Shown here: positions 1 through 9,799 of the stretch, piece after piece | Layout of the letters: every line of letters starts with the position of its first letter | Numbering within the stretch: position 1 is the stretch's first letter | From: an uncultured cyanobacterium | GTDB lineage: Bacteria > Cyanobacteriota > Cyanobacteriia > Phormidesmidales > Phormidesmidaceae | Assembly (NCBI GenBank): GCA_963793265.1 | Contig: CAWBZI010000001.1 | Location: 1,312,001-1,376,000 of the forward strand | DNA: 64,000 nucleotides | Direction of reading: 5' to 3' | Made by a program: the position numbers and the translations under genes | Notes under the pieces: generated by a model | What the model was told of the DNA's origin: nothing | What the model saw: the letters and a program-made list of their open reading frames with translations, nothing else | Databases searched by the model: none

Positions 1-627
1 ATGGCGAGGATTTTCAACAAACTTCTCTAAATAAACCCCTGGATTACCAAAAGAAGCCTCCGCCTCACCCTGAGCGGCCATAAACATCTTACGCAGCTCG
101 TCCGGCTCGCGCACCAGCCGCATTCCGCGCCCGCCGCCGCCTGCTGTGGCCTTGATAATTACCGGATAGCCGATTTTAGCGGCCAGCTCGGAGGCTTCTT
201 CCGGGCTACTGAGCAGCCCTTCACTGCCAGGCACCGTCGGCACTTTTACCCGCTGCATCGTGGCTTTAGCGGTGGCCTTATCGCCCATCGCCCGCATTGC
301 GTCTGCCGTGGGGCCAATGAACGTAAGGTTGTGATCGGCACAAATTTCAGCAAACCGAGCGTTCTCTGCCAAAAAGCCGTAGCCGGGATGGATGGCCGTT
401 GCGCCTCTAGTGAGCGCTGCTGCGATGATGTTTGGAATATTTAGATAGCTTTTGCTGCTAGGGGCTTCGCCAATGCAAACCGCTTCGTCGGCAAGCTGCA
501 CGTGAAGGGCACTGCGATCGACCGTAGAGTGCACCGCGACGGTTGCAATCCCCATTTCCTCACAGCTACGAATAATTCGCAGCGCAATTTCACCCCGATT
601 GGCAATTAAGATTTTAGAAAAGCTCAT
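1..627 (-). CDS. accC: Acetyl-CoA carboxylase biotin carboxylase subunit (5' part; runs off the window start)
   Basis: Manual translation from ATG at 627 gives [34 protein letters not shown]...[11 protein letters not shown]...[12 protein letters not shown]. Absent from the ORF track because it has no stop in the window. Confidence 0.96.
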   Translation of the reverse strand, partial: MSFSKILIANRGEIALRIIRSCEEMGIATVAVHSTVDRSALHVQLADEAVCIGEAPSSKSYLNIPNIIAAALTRGATAIHPGYGFLAENARFAEICADHNLTFIGPTADAMRAMGDKATAKATMQRVKVPTVPGSEGLLSSPEEASELAAKIGYPVIIKATAGGGGRGMRLVREPDELRKMFMAAQGEAEASFGNPGVYLEKFVENPRH

Positions 628-750
628 CTGGCAGCCAGCATTTTTTCGCTGAGTTGTTAAGAAGATGATCGTATCACGCAGGGTCTTCTCACCAACTTTC
701 TGACGAAAGAGGCTCATTATGTCGTATTGTTGTTAACCGACACCGTGTTT

Positions 751-832
751 GCGGATGTGGTGGAATTGGTAGACACGCACGCTTGAGGGGCGTGTGGCGC
801 AAGCCTTGCGAGTTCGAGTCTCGCCATCCGCA
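751..832 (+). tRNA. trnL: tRNA-Leu(GAG), CCA not encoded
   Basis: Acceptor stem GCGGATG/CATCCGC; D-loop with GG; anticodon arm CACGC-TTGAGGG-GCGTG; long variable arm; T-loop TTCGAGT. Confidence 0.96.
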
Positions 833-839
833 TAGCCAT

Positions 840-894
840 AATAAATAACCCCGCAGGGATGCCAAAGTGGCTCAACCCTGTGGGGTTATTTATT
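840..894. terminator. Long hairpin after tRNA-Leu, probable intrinsic terminator
   Basis: AATAAATAACCCCGCAGGG...CCCTGTGGGGTTATTTATT inverted repeat. Confidence 0.7.
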
Positions 895-966
895 AGCTGT
901 CTCGCTATGATGAATAATAGGTAAATTTTTGTAAACATTGTCGTAAACACTCATACAGTAAACGCT

Positions 967-1578
967 TTGACTTCAGCCTCTTCTATCGGTTCTTCTCAGC
1001 AGGCAGCCTGGCAGTCCTTACAGCCCCTTTGGCAAGGCGATAAATCAGTGGTCGATCGAGGGCTTCCTCACGATCAGCTCTCACCGGCCTGGCAGATATT
1101 AATGCTGGGTGACGGTTCTCCTACGCGGCATCTACAGCTACTCACGCGCGAGCCGACTGAGGTAGATGTGATTGATATGTCACCAGTAGAAGCAGAGGGT
1201 GATGCGGCCCCGATGCAGATTGAAAAGGTGCCGGGGCCGCATTTGAGACGGCAGGTTTGGCTGCGGACGGCCTCTGGGCAGCGTTTGGCCTACGCTACCT
1301 CATGGTGGGAAGCGAGCCATGTAGACGAGTATTTAGAAAATCGGTCGCTGCCGGTTTGGGCTAGCTTGGCAAAGCTACGCACAGAGCTTTATCGCGATAT
1401 TCAAGGCATTTACTTTGGTCATTCGGCAGCGCTTGAGGAGGCTTTTGAGCAAAAAGGACCTTTTTGGGGTCGGCACTATTTGTTTTGGCATCACGGTAAG
1501 CCGCTGACGCTTATTTACGAGGTGTTTTCGCCTTATTTGATCCGCTATCTGGGGCCGATGGGTTCGGACTGCGGTTAG
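967..1578 (+). CDS. Chorismate pyruvate-lyase family protein (UbiC/Ycf21/DUF98-like)
   Basis: Contains the family-typical LGDGSPTRHL, RRQVWL...LAYATSWW and WGRHYLFW...IYEVFSP segments. Confidence 0.85.
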   Translation: MTSASSIGSSQQAAWQSLQPLWQGDKSVVDRGLPHDQLSPAWQILMLGDGSPTRHLQLLTREPTEVDVIDMSPVEAEGDAAPMQIEKVPGPHLRRQVWLRTASGQRLAYATSWWEASHVDEYLENRSLPVWASLAKLRTELYRDIQGIYFGHSAALEEAFEQKGPFWGRHYLFWHHGKPLTLIYEVFSPYLIRYLGPMGSDCG

Positions 1579-2455
1579 TGTCAATCCAAATTTGAGCGCG
1601 TACGGGGCCGTAGCGATCGCGCAGTGACTTTTCTATGCGTTCACCAATAGCACCTGCTATCACCATAAATTCTGGATGCAGCGCTAGGTGTAGTTCTATC
1701 CATACCTGACGGCCCACCATGCCCCGCGAAAGGATGCGGGTACAGCGGGTGACGCCTTCTACCTGGCAGGCAATTTGAGCGATCGCCTCTGGTGCGATCG
1801 CTGTCGGCTTCAGCAGCATGGGTAGCTGGCTATGCAATACCTGCCACAGGCTGCGCGTCGATAAAATCACCAGCAGCACCGCTATCACCGGATCTAGCCA
1901 CAAGTAACCCCGCCCAATCGCAATCAACCCGAGCAGCATCAGCCCCGTGCTCCAGGCATCCGCTAATATATGCTGAGCATTCAGCTTGAGCGCCAGGCTA
2001 TTGAGCTGCTTGCTTTGCCCGGCCACCAACCAAACGGTTCCTAGTAGCGATAGCGCGATCACCCATACCAAAACGATCACTGGCCCGCTCACGCTGACTT
2101 GAAAAGCACCGCGCGTCGTATGAAACAGCGAAGCTTCAAGCTGATCAAAAGCAACAATCGCCAAAGAAATTCCGGCGAATCCTAGCACCGCCGATAGCAG
2201 CAGCGCCCCGACGGCCTCGCCTCGACCATAGCCCCAAATTTCTTTGCCGAGCGTTCGCTGGGGAGAGGCGATCGCAATCAGCCCCAGCAGCGTACTAAAA
2301 ACGTCGATTAGCGTATGCAAAGATTCTGCTAACAAACACAGAGAATTACTTGCCCACCCCGCCGTTAGCTCAACGGCAAATACTAAGAGTGTCGCCCACA
2401 ACACCATCAGCAGCAGGCGATAGCTCATTCGCCGCTGGTATCCGCTTCCATTCAT
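1511..2455 (-). CDS. Cation diffusion facilitator family transporter
   Basis: About 6 TM segments, HxxxD sites (ESLHTLID, HILAD) and a C-terminal dimerisation domain. ATG 2455 preferred to TTG 2518. The 3' end overlaps the convergent gene by 68 bp. Confidence 0.85.
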   Translation of the reverse strand: MNGSGYQRRMSYRLLLMVLWATLLVFAVELTAGWASNSLCLLAESLHTLIDVFSTLLGLIAIASPQRTLGKEIWGYGRGEAVGALLLSAVLGFAGISLAIVAFDQLEASLFHTTRGAFQVSVSGPVIVLVWVIALSLLGTVWLVAGQSKQLNSLALKLNAQHILADAWSTGLMLLGLIAIGRGYLWLDPVIAVLLVILSTRSLWQVLHSQLPMLLKPTAIAPEAIAQIACQVEGVTRCTRILSRGMVGRQVWIELHLALHPEFMVIAGAIGERIEKSLRDRYGPVRAQIWIDTNRSPNPSAPDSGSNKAKTPRK

Positions 2456-2647
2456 AGCGCTTAGGCTATCACGAAGGCGGCAAACAGCCTGCGGTCTAAT
2501 CGACCGGGCCGTTATCAATAGTAGACAAATGCTTTCTTTGTAGCCTTCGACTCAATAGCTTTAGATGGCCTTAAGTGAGCGCCTGTATAGAGGTCACGAA
2601 GAGAAGAACTCTATAGATTAAGTGCAGGTAGCTGCCTTTAAAATCAG

Positions 2648-2689
2648 AAAAGGCACCGACGACTGGCCGTGTTTCGTCTCGGTGCCTTT
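2648..2689. terminator. Hairpin, probable terminator of the DALR gene
   Basis: AAAGGCACCGACGA...TCGTCTCGGTGCCTTT. Confidence 0.55.
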
Positions 2690-2821
2690 ACTGGTTCGCT
2701 CCTCACACTTCATCAATATAGGGGATAGCTCTAAATTTGTCACCTTCGATGGCCATCACTTTCAATTGGCACACGGCTTTTTCGCAGGTAAGAAAGGCAC
2801 CTCAGCATCGCTGTTGCATCC

Positions 2822-3907
2822 CTAAAGGCTGGCCGGAGCCTCTAGATTGAAATACTGATGTAGCAGTGCTTTGAGAACATCTTTTATGACGGCCACTAAA
2901 TAAAACCTTGCATGATATTCGTTAGGAATGTCTGCGGTCGCGCCTGCTAAAGGGGAAGTCGTATGCTGAGGAAAACCACTCAAACAGGTGCGACAAAATA
3001 GGTCAAATGATTGACACAGTTGGGATGCACGCTTCAAGAGCAAAAAATATTGCTTTGAGGGCAATCGATAAGGAATCCAAAACAGAGCCTCGGCCATATC
3101 GTCAATGATCGCAATGAGCTGTTGCACAATCTGCATCTGGCTCTGATCAGCCGCTAGCCAAAGAGACGCCCCATCTGGAAACATAGTGCTGTCCGCGACT
3201 AGCGAACCATCAGTATAGAAATGAACCTGCTCCCATAGACGTAGAAGCCTACAGCACTGGGTATAGGTGTATTGCATCTGCCACGTTAGCTCATCTGAAA
3301 TCAGCTCACCTTGAACTGGTTTGGGCTCCAAGATATCGTCTACTATCGGGCTCTCTGCCTTTGAATAATGAGACAATAAATTGCCCTCATCGTTGCAATT
3401 TATGCAGCGCTTCAGCCATAGATCAAGTCCTGCTTCAGAAAGACGAAAAGTAATCCATCCTGGCCGTTGAGTTTCTATTACAAACTCATTCCAAAGTAAC
3501 CAGCGTAAAGCAATGTCTTCTCCTCTGTGATCTGGCTCACAATTTGTCAATTCAAAGCCACGTTTCCTCAATTGTTTAGTCAGGCACTCAGAAAATTCTA
3601 AAAAGTTCCAAGTGTCCTCTGGTGCAATCTTCGAAAACAGCATTTGGGGCAGCGCTGATGTGTAGAGAATATCCTTCACAGTTTGCTTTCTTTGCAGCGG
3701 TACTTTTCGCCAACTTTCCCTTCTAGGCGCTGAAGTGGATAGTGAGTCGGGGTGCAGGCGAGTCGGATCTGCTTGAGGCAATAATTCAAATTGAGTGCGA
3801 CTGGCTTGTAAAAACTTGGTGAAGCTAGTAGAGACAGCTTCACACTTGCTAAACAAAACCCGATTTAAACAGTACATCAATGTACCTTTGAGAGATAAAA
3901 TTATCAC
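2822..3907 (-). CDS. Stand-alone DALR anticodon-binding-domain protein (ArgRS-like fragments)
   Basis: PGWITFRL, QYTYTQCCRLLRL (compare QYAHARxxSIL) and C-terminal LEAPASL; no HIGH motif. Start uncertain. Confidence 0.7.
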   Translation of the reverse strand: MIILSLKGTLMYCLNRVLFSKCEAVSTSFTKFLQASRTQFELLPQADPTRLHPDSLSTSAPRRESWRKVPLQRKQTVKDILYTSALPQMLFSKIAPEDTWNFLEFSECLTKQLRKRGFELTNCEPDHRGEDIALRWLLWNEFVIETQRPGWITFRLSEAGLDLWLKRCINCNDEGNLLSHYSKAESPIVDDILEPKPVQGELISDELTWQMQYTYTQCCRLLRLWEQVHFYTDGSLVADSTMFPDGASLWLAADQSQMQIVQQLIAIIDDMAEALFWIPYRLPSKQYFLLLKRASQLCQSFDLFCRTCLSGFPQHTTSPLAGATADIPNEYHARFYLVAVIKDVLKALLHQYFNLEAPASL

Positions 3908-4174
3908 TGCGACTGAACCTCTAAAGCACCTTGATAAAAGAATTCACTGTAGTTTTTACGGACGCTTCTGTAGTTTTATTGATGAGCCCTACTAAGAAAT
4001 GCTGAAGTAGTTGTAAAGAAGGGAATTTAGTCATACAAAACCCAACAATTTATATTAATGTACTAACAACGTTAGAGTTGTCGTGTTTGATTACTGTATG
4101 CGCTGTCATTCGGTGAATACAGTGATTGTCATAAGGACGCTAGCCGTTAGATGTTCCCTCCAGATAACAGCTAC

Positions 4175-4188
4175 GTAGAAACAATTAC
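4175..4188. promoter_or_regulatory. Candidate NtcA/Crp-family site upstream of the devH-like gene
   Basis: GTA-GAAACAAT-TAC fits GTA-N8-TAC; no clear -10 box at the class II spacing. Confidence 0.35.
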
Positions 4189-4314
4189 TTAAAGCAGCCC
4201 CGTCCCACAAAAATAACGCCTTGAAGTATCCGTATTTATACGGAAGTTTCAATTCAGTTGCTCATCCTTGTTTTGCCCGCAGCTCAAAGTTATGCAATTA
4301 TTCACACTCGTTAG

Positions 4315-5061
4315 ATGACATTCTCTACAACGGTTAAACTCAATTCTAGTATTGCTAATATGTCTTCCCCCCCTCAACCGGATAACGCACGTCCTTTTCT
4401 AGCGTGGCAACGTATCTCTGATTGGGCGAGCGAGCACTATCGCTGTCGTACGTTCAACAAAGACGAAAAGATTCCTGCCCGGCCTGGCTTGCTTTATTTG
4501 GTTCAAAAAGGGTCTGTTCGCCTGCTGGGCAACGCTCAAGTGAGTGCCTCTATGAAGCAAAAAAGTACCACTGCTCGGATGCCTCTAGTTGCCGCCGAAG
4601 AAGCGTTCTTGGGCTTCGTTGGGGCTGGTCAACCTTTTGAAGTCGTTGCTCAGCCGCCCTTTACCTTGCAAAGCTTTGCGCATGTGGATCAAACCACGGT
4701 GATTTGGCTGTATTGGAATGACTTAGACACGTGGCCTCATTTTCAAAAGGAGGTGCTAGACGCTTTTCGTCGGCAGCATCAGCGCAAGCTACTGTGGCTA
4801 AGTACGTTAGGGCAGCGTCGTACTATCGATCGGCTTTTGGGCTTTTTGACGCTACTCATTGATGAGCACGGTGAGCAGTGTGAGCAGGGCTACTACCTGC
4901 CCTTCCCACTGACTCACGCTCAAATCGGCAGCGCTATTGGCTCCACTAGGGTCACGGTGACTCGGCTAATGGGCAAGCTGCGTCAGAGCGGCATGATTGA
5001 ACACTACGGTGAAAACTTAATCTGCATTTCTAACGGGGCGACCTGGAAGAAACAAGGCTAG
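4315..5061 (+). CDS. devH: Crp/Fnr-family transcription regulator, DevH-like
   Basis: RPFLAWQRISDWASEHYRCRTF...PLTHAQIGSAIGSTRVTVTRLMGKLRQ closely resembles Anabaena DevH as recalled. Confidence 0.8.
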   Translation: MTFSTTVKLNSSIANMSSPPQPDNARPFLAWQRISDWASEHYRCRTFNKDEKIPARPGLLYLVQKGSVRLLGNAQVSASMKQKSTTARMPLVAAEEAFLGFVGAGQPFEVVAQPPFTLQSFAHVDQTTVIWLYWNDLDTWPHFQKEVLDAFRRQHQRKLLWLSTLGQRRTIDRLLGFLTLLIDEHGEQCEQGYYLPFPLTHAQIGSAIGSTRVTVTRLMGKLRQSGMIEHYGENLICISNGATWKKQG

Positions 5062-5087
5062 TAGCTCTGGCTTCTTAATCTACAAAT

Positions 5088-5157
5088 AAAGGCCCAGCTC
5101 ATCTTCTCGATGGCTGGGCCTTTGCTTATGGGCCTTTGCTTATGGGCCTTTGCTTAT
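5088..5157. terminator. Hairpin between convergent genes with its 3' arm triplicated
   Basis: AAAGGCCCAGC...GCTGGGCCTTT; GGGCCTTTGCTTAT occurs 3 times at 5116-5157. Confidence 0.7.
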
Positions 5158-5166
5158 AGGAGTATT

Positions 5167-7677
5167 TCAGGCGCGATGTAGCTTTAGCAGTAAGGAATTT
5201 ACCACCACGGTGACTGAGCTAAGGGCCATAAGCCCCCCGGCAAAACCAGGGTTTAGCGATACGCCGAAAGCAGGTAAAAAGGCTCCGGCAGCAAGCGGAA
5301 TGCAGATGAGGTTGTAGGTAAAGGCCCAGGCCAGGTTTTGGCGGATTTTGTTAAAGGTGGCGCGGCTGAGCTGAATGGCGCTCACCACGTCAGATAGGGC
5401 GTCGCGCATCAGCACGATGTCGGCAGTTTCCATCGCCACATCGGTGCCTGAGTTTAGGGCGATGCCAATATCGGCCTGGGCTAAAGCGGGCGCGTCGTTG
5501 ATACCATCACCAATGAGGCCGACGCGGTGTCCGGCTTCTTGCAGCGCGACGATCGCTTCTAACTTTCCTTCAGGCGTAACTTCTGCTCGCACGGCCTTAC
5601 CACTTAGTCCCAACTGTTTAGCCACTGCCGTTGCCGCTGCGTTGCTGTCGCCGCTGAGTATTTGGATGGATAGATTGAGCGATCGCAACTTCTCCACCGT
5701 CTCCACGGCATCTTCTCGCAAGCTATCAGCTACGCCAATCACACCGATCAACTGATTGCCTTTGGCCACAAACACAGCCGTTTTGCCTGATTGGCCCAGC
5801 GAAGCCGCTAACGCTTCGGCCTCGCTACTAATCGCGCAGTCATTTTTCTCCATCCAGGCCGAATTGCCGAGCAAAAACGTACTGCCGCTCACCATCGTCG
5901 CTGCGATCCCAAACCCAGCCTCAGTTTGAAAATCCGTTGCCGAAAGCAGATCTAGATGCTTTTGAGCCGCTGCCGATTGAATAGCCAGGCCCAAAGGATG
6001 ACGCGTACCGCTCTCAACCGTGGCCGCAATCTGCAATAGCCGATCAGTCGAAACATCAGCAGTCAAGGGGCAGCAGTCCGTCACCTGCGGTTTGCCCGTA
6101 GTCAATGTTCCTGTTTTATCGAATACCAGCGTGTCTAGACCGCGAGTCGATTCTAGAATATCGCCGCCGCGAATTAATAAGCCCTGCTGCGCGCCCATGC
6201 CAGAACCCACCAGAATTGCGGTCGGCGTGGCTAAACCTAGCGCACAAGGGCAGGCAACGACCACGACTGCGATCGCCAATTTCAAACTCACTAATAGCCG
6301 CAGCGAATTCCCACTGGCCATACTGCCACTCGCCCCCATCCCATCAGAAGCCATAGCCGAACCCGCATGAGCCGCATGATGCAAATGACCCATGGCCGAA
6401 GTTGCAATATCGGGCCATAGCGGCGTGCCGATAAAGTACCAAAAGCCAAACGTCAGCGCAGCGCAGGTCAGCACGCCATAGGTAAAGTAGCCAGAAATCA
6501 CATCGGCCAGCCCTTGAATCGGCGCTTTTCGAGTCTGCGCCGTCTCAATCAAATGAATCATCTGCGCCAGCGTCGTTTCGCCCCCGGTGCGCGAAACCTG
6601 TAGCGTAATCGCCCCCGACTGATTAAGACTGCCTGCGACCACCTCATCACCGGGCTGCTTCACAACCGGCATCGACTCACCCGTTAGCATGGACTCATCT
6701 ACAGTCGTTTGACCGATCGCAATCTGCCCATCCACCGGCACCTTTTCGCTCGGCAACACCTGCAGCCATTCACCCACCTGCACCTGAGCCGCTGGAATTT
6801 GCACGCCAGGTTCACCGCTCGGCGCATCCCCATTAGAATCGTCCTTATGAGAACCATCGGCCTCAGCCGTCAGATCGGGAGCGGGCACCAGTCGAGCCAG
6901 GGTTGGCTGTAGGGCAATGAGCGATCGCAATGAACTTGCCGCCTGAAACCGCGCCCGCTGCTCCAGCGTTCGCCCCAGCAAAATGAAGCTCAGCAGCATC
7001 ACGGGCTCATCAAAAAAGCACTCCCAGCCTAACCCTGGAAAAATTAACGCCGCCAAACTCGTGCCGTATGCACTCAGCGCGCCCAGGCTCACGAGCGTAT
7101 TCATGTTAGGCGAGCCGCGCCGAATGCCTTGGGCTCCTTCTACTAGAATTTTGCGGGCCGGAAAAATTAGCGTCAGCGTCGCTAGAATGCCATGAAACCA
7201 AAGGGCGCTCAGCACCGGAATCGAAAAGCCTTGCGCCCAGCCAAAATGCTCTATGTGCCCAATCGTAGAGAGCACCAGCAAAACCAGCGCCGTCACAAGC
7301 TGCTGGCTTTGATCCTTTTGAGCGGCCTCTTTACGCGCCAGCCAGTCAGATTCAGCCGCGAGCGGATTGTTGCTGTCCTCAGCCGATCTCACTTTGCTAG
7401 GGTAGCCCGCGTCGGTTAGGGCTTGGGCGATCACCTCGGGTTCTACTTCAGGCAAACAGGCCACCGCCGCCACTTCCGTCACCAAATTCACCGTTGCTGA
7501 GGCCACGCCTTCACACTGAGCCAGCTTTTTTTCTACCGTGCTCACGCAGCCCGCGCACATCATGCCCTGCACATCGAGCACGACCGTTTGGTTGGTCGTT
7601 TGAGCAGATTGAGCGGGAGATTGAGCGGGTTTAGCAGATCGAGCGGGGGGTGCAAGCTGAGTCATAAGCGTTGGCAT
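5167..7677 (-). CDS. ctaA: Cu(+)-transporting P1B-type ATPase, CtaA-like
   Basis: GMMCAGC HMA domain, TGES, CPC, DKTGT, GDGINDAP, YN and MALSS motifs. Confidence 0.85.
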   Translation of the reverse strand: MPTLMTQLAPPARSAKPAQSPAQSAQTTNQTVVLDVQGMMCAGCVSTVEKKLAQCEGVASATVNLVTEVAAVACLPEVEPEVIAQALTDAGYPSKVRSAEDSNNPLAAESDWLARKEAAQKDQSQQLVTALVLLVLSTIGHIEHFGWAQGFSIPVLSALWFHGILATLTLIFPARKILVEGAQGIRRGSPNMNTLVSLGALSAYGTSLAALIFPGLGWECFFDEPVMLLSFILLGRTLEQRARFQAASSLRSLIALQPTLARLVPAPDLTAEADGSHKDDSNGDAPSGEPGVQIPAAQVQVGEWLQVLPSEKVPVDGQIAIGQTTVDESMLTGESMPVVKQPGDEVVAGSLNQSGAITLQVSRTGGETTLAQMIHLIETAQTRKAPIQGLADVISGYFTYGVLTCAALTFGFWYFIGTPLWPDIATSAMGHLHHAAHAGSAMASDGMGASGSMASGNSLRLLVSLKLAIAVVVVACPCALGLATPTAILVGSGMGAQQGLLIRGGDILESTRGLDTLVFDKTGTLTTGKPQVTDCCPLTADVSTDRLLQIAATVESGTRHPLGLAIQSAAAQKHLDLLSATDFQTEAGFGIAATMVSGSTFLLGNSAWMEKNDCAISSEAEALAASLGQSGKTAVFVAKGNQLIGVIGVADSLREDAVETVEKLRSLNLSIQILSGDSNAAATAVAKQLGLSGKAVRAEVTPEGKLEAIVALQEAGHRVGLIGDGINDAPALAQADIGIALNSGTDVAMETADIVLMRDALSDVVSAIQLSRATFNKIRQNLAWAFTYNLICIPLAAGAFLPAFGVSLNPGFAGGLMALSSVTVVVNSLLLKLHRA

Positions 7678-7956
7678 AGAGCCCTATAGAGCCCTTAAAA
7701 GATTCTCTTCTTTGAGCCTAAGACAAAATTCTGGGTTCTGTGACGCTTTAGCCGTAAAACTCTGTCTTTGGAGGCGATGCCTTTGGGGGCGATCGCCCCC
7801 ATTCCAGAACAGTCATTCCTGACGGCAAAACTAGCCCTAGTAAAAATACTGACAGGCGATTTGTAAAATACGCTAGCGACAGGCTTCAGATACGGTGGGA
7901 CAATACCGTTAGTTTCCTGAACCAGTTGGAAGATCAGCCACCTAAATATAAAAGAT

Positions 7957-9768
7957 ATGTTTTCTGACATTGCAAATCACTGGGCTAGCCCGTGCATTGT
8001 GGCACTCTCCCAACGCGGCATCCTTAGCGGCTATCCCAACGGCACGTTTCGGCCAAAGGCTACGGTAAGCCGGGCGGAGTTTGCAGCCCTGATGCCGAAG
8101 GTGTTTCCAGATTTGTTAGCACAGCAGGCATCCCTAGCGTTTCGAGATGTGCCGGTTGAATATTGGGCGCATGACGCAATCGCCTGGGCCACCGAGCGCG
8201 GCCTGTTTAGCGGCTATGAAAACGGCACGTTTCGCCCCCGGCAAAATGTTTCTATCGCCCAGTCCATCGTTGTGTTAATGCTAGGACTAGAAGCGACCCA
8301 AGGCTTTGACACTACGTTGATACCGTTGGATGAGCCAGTAACGGAACAAAACTTGGTCGCTGAGCAGTTTAGCGATGCAGCAAAGATCCCGGACTATGCA
8401 CGTGAGGCAATCGCCGCTGCCCTTAACCGTCAGCTTCTAGAACAGCTCAAATCGCCGCGTTCACTGCGGCCCCAGCAGGCCGTGACTCGAGGCGAAGTCG
8501 CTGCTTTGCTCTGCCGCGTTTTAGAAGTACCGAGCACAGAGCTGGCCAGTCACTATCCAGCCTTGAGCGCTGCCGAAAATACTCAAGCTGTCTTTCAACA
8601 GTTTCTTCAGCAAGAGGCAGAGTTTGACCAGGCCAAGCTAGCTTTTCTAGATCGAAGCATACAGTCATCTCCCTATCGCAGCGATATTACTAAGTATGCG
8701 CTGCGATTACAGGAGCCAGATGCGATCGCCCCCTCCCTAAAAAATGCAGCACCTTATCCCAAAACGGGCGACGTATTTTTTGTTAATGACGACGGGCTAG
8801 CGTTTCTATCACCCGATATTTTGTCGGCCTGCGTGTGTATAGCAACGGTGCAGAACGGCGAGCTGCAGGGGCGATGGTTAGGACGGGATGCTTTAAGTGA
8901 TCGCCAGCTTTGGAGTTCAACCAAATTCATTCCGCTACTCAACGTCGCCGCGCGGGCTAATGCCGTTTCACCAACCGCAGATATCGACCAGTGCCGGGTG
9001 AGAGCTGTCGGCAGCACTGGTAAATATAGCGGCTTCCCCTTTCACGATTTGGCCGCTGGCATTATGAGCTACGACAACCGCATTGCGACCTCTAATTCGC
9101 TTGCGGTAATGTTCAAAAACTTTGAAACTCCAGCGCGTTTGGAAAAGTGGACACAGCAAATGACCGGGAGCCAGTCGCTTTCTTTCCAGGGCCGCTATGG
9201 TGAGGTGCCTTTCATCCAAATCCCTGAGCTGTATAGCTTGCAGACTAAAGAAGTGCTGCTAAAGTCACCGAAGGCAGACCATAGCGGCCAAAACCTGATG
9301 TCTACTTACGATTTGACGCGGCTGATGACTATGGCCGGTTGGCACTGGCGGCTACCGGCACGCTCAAGAATTCCTAATTTACAAACGCACAGTTTAGAGA
9401 GCATCATTCGAGCGATGGGTGTCGATACCGCGCGGTATGTGGATGTGGCGCTGACGGCTTTGGGCTTAGATCAGGTGGTGCGATCGCCTGTGATTATGTC
9501 TAAAAGTGGGTTTGGCCGGAGTGATGGACGCGATCGCACCGAACTCACCTACTGCGCCCTTGCCCAGTTCAGCCTCCCCCGCCAGATTGCCAATCCCAAC
9601 GTAGGCGCACCCGATCCTACCGCTGCCTATCAAAACTACTCAATTGGCTTCACGCTCATCGCGGCTCAGGGCGTAGGAGATGCCAATGAAGAAGCGCGAT
9701 ATGTAGATGCCCTAATGGCCGCTTCTGTTACAGAGATTATTCGTCGCGCCGTGCTGAATGAGCTATGA
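7957..9768 (+). CDS. S-layer homology (SLH) domain protein with a C-terminal serine-hydrolase-like region
   Basis: Three SLH repeats (SGYPNGTFRP, SGYENGTFRP, LRPQQAVTRGE); SSTK, YDN and KSG motifs downstream. Confidence 0.75.
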   Translation: MFSDIANHWASPCIVALSQRGILSGYPNGTFRPKATVSRAEFAALMPKVFPDLLAQQASLAFRDVPVEYWAHDAIAWATERGLFSGYENGTFRPRQNVSIAQSIVVLMLGLEATQGFDTTLIPLDEPVTEQNLVAEQFSDAAKIPDYAREAIAAALNRQLLEQLKSPRSLRPQQAVTRGEVAALLCRVLEVPSTELASHYPALSAAENTQAVFQQFLQQEAEFDQAKLAFLDRSIQSSPYRSDITKYALRLQEPDAIAPSLKNAAPYPKTGDVFFVNDDGLAFLSPDILSACVCIATVQNGELQGRWLGRDALSDRQLWSSTKFIPLLNVAARANAVSPTADIDQCRVRAVGSTGKYSGFPFHDLAAGIMSYDNRIATSNSLAVMFKNFETPARLEKWTQQMTGSQSLSFQGRYGEVPFIQIPELYSLQTKEVLLKSPKADHSGQNLMSTYDLTRLMTMAGWHWRLPARSRIPNLQTHSLESIIRAMGVDTARYVDVALTALGLDQVVRSPVIMSKSGFGRSDGRDRTELTYCALAQFSLPRQIANPNVGAPDPTAAYQNYSIGFTLIAAQGVGDANEEARYVDALMAASVTEIIRRAVLNEL

Positions 9769-9799
9769 CGCTGGCAGCACAGCCAATAGACGTGCTTAG

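Noticed and set aside
751..900. tRNA-Leu as an integration site
   Set aside because: No integrase and no repeat of the tRNA 3' end noticed in the window; the flanks are housekeeping genes.
717..950. 77-aa minus-strand ORF
   Set aside because: Antisense to tRNA-Leu and its terminator hairpin; no protein features.
5116..5157. Possible CRISPR array
   Set aside because: Units are 14 bp and adjacent, with no spacers and no cas genes.
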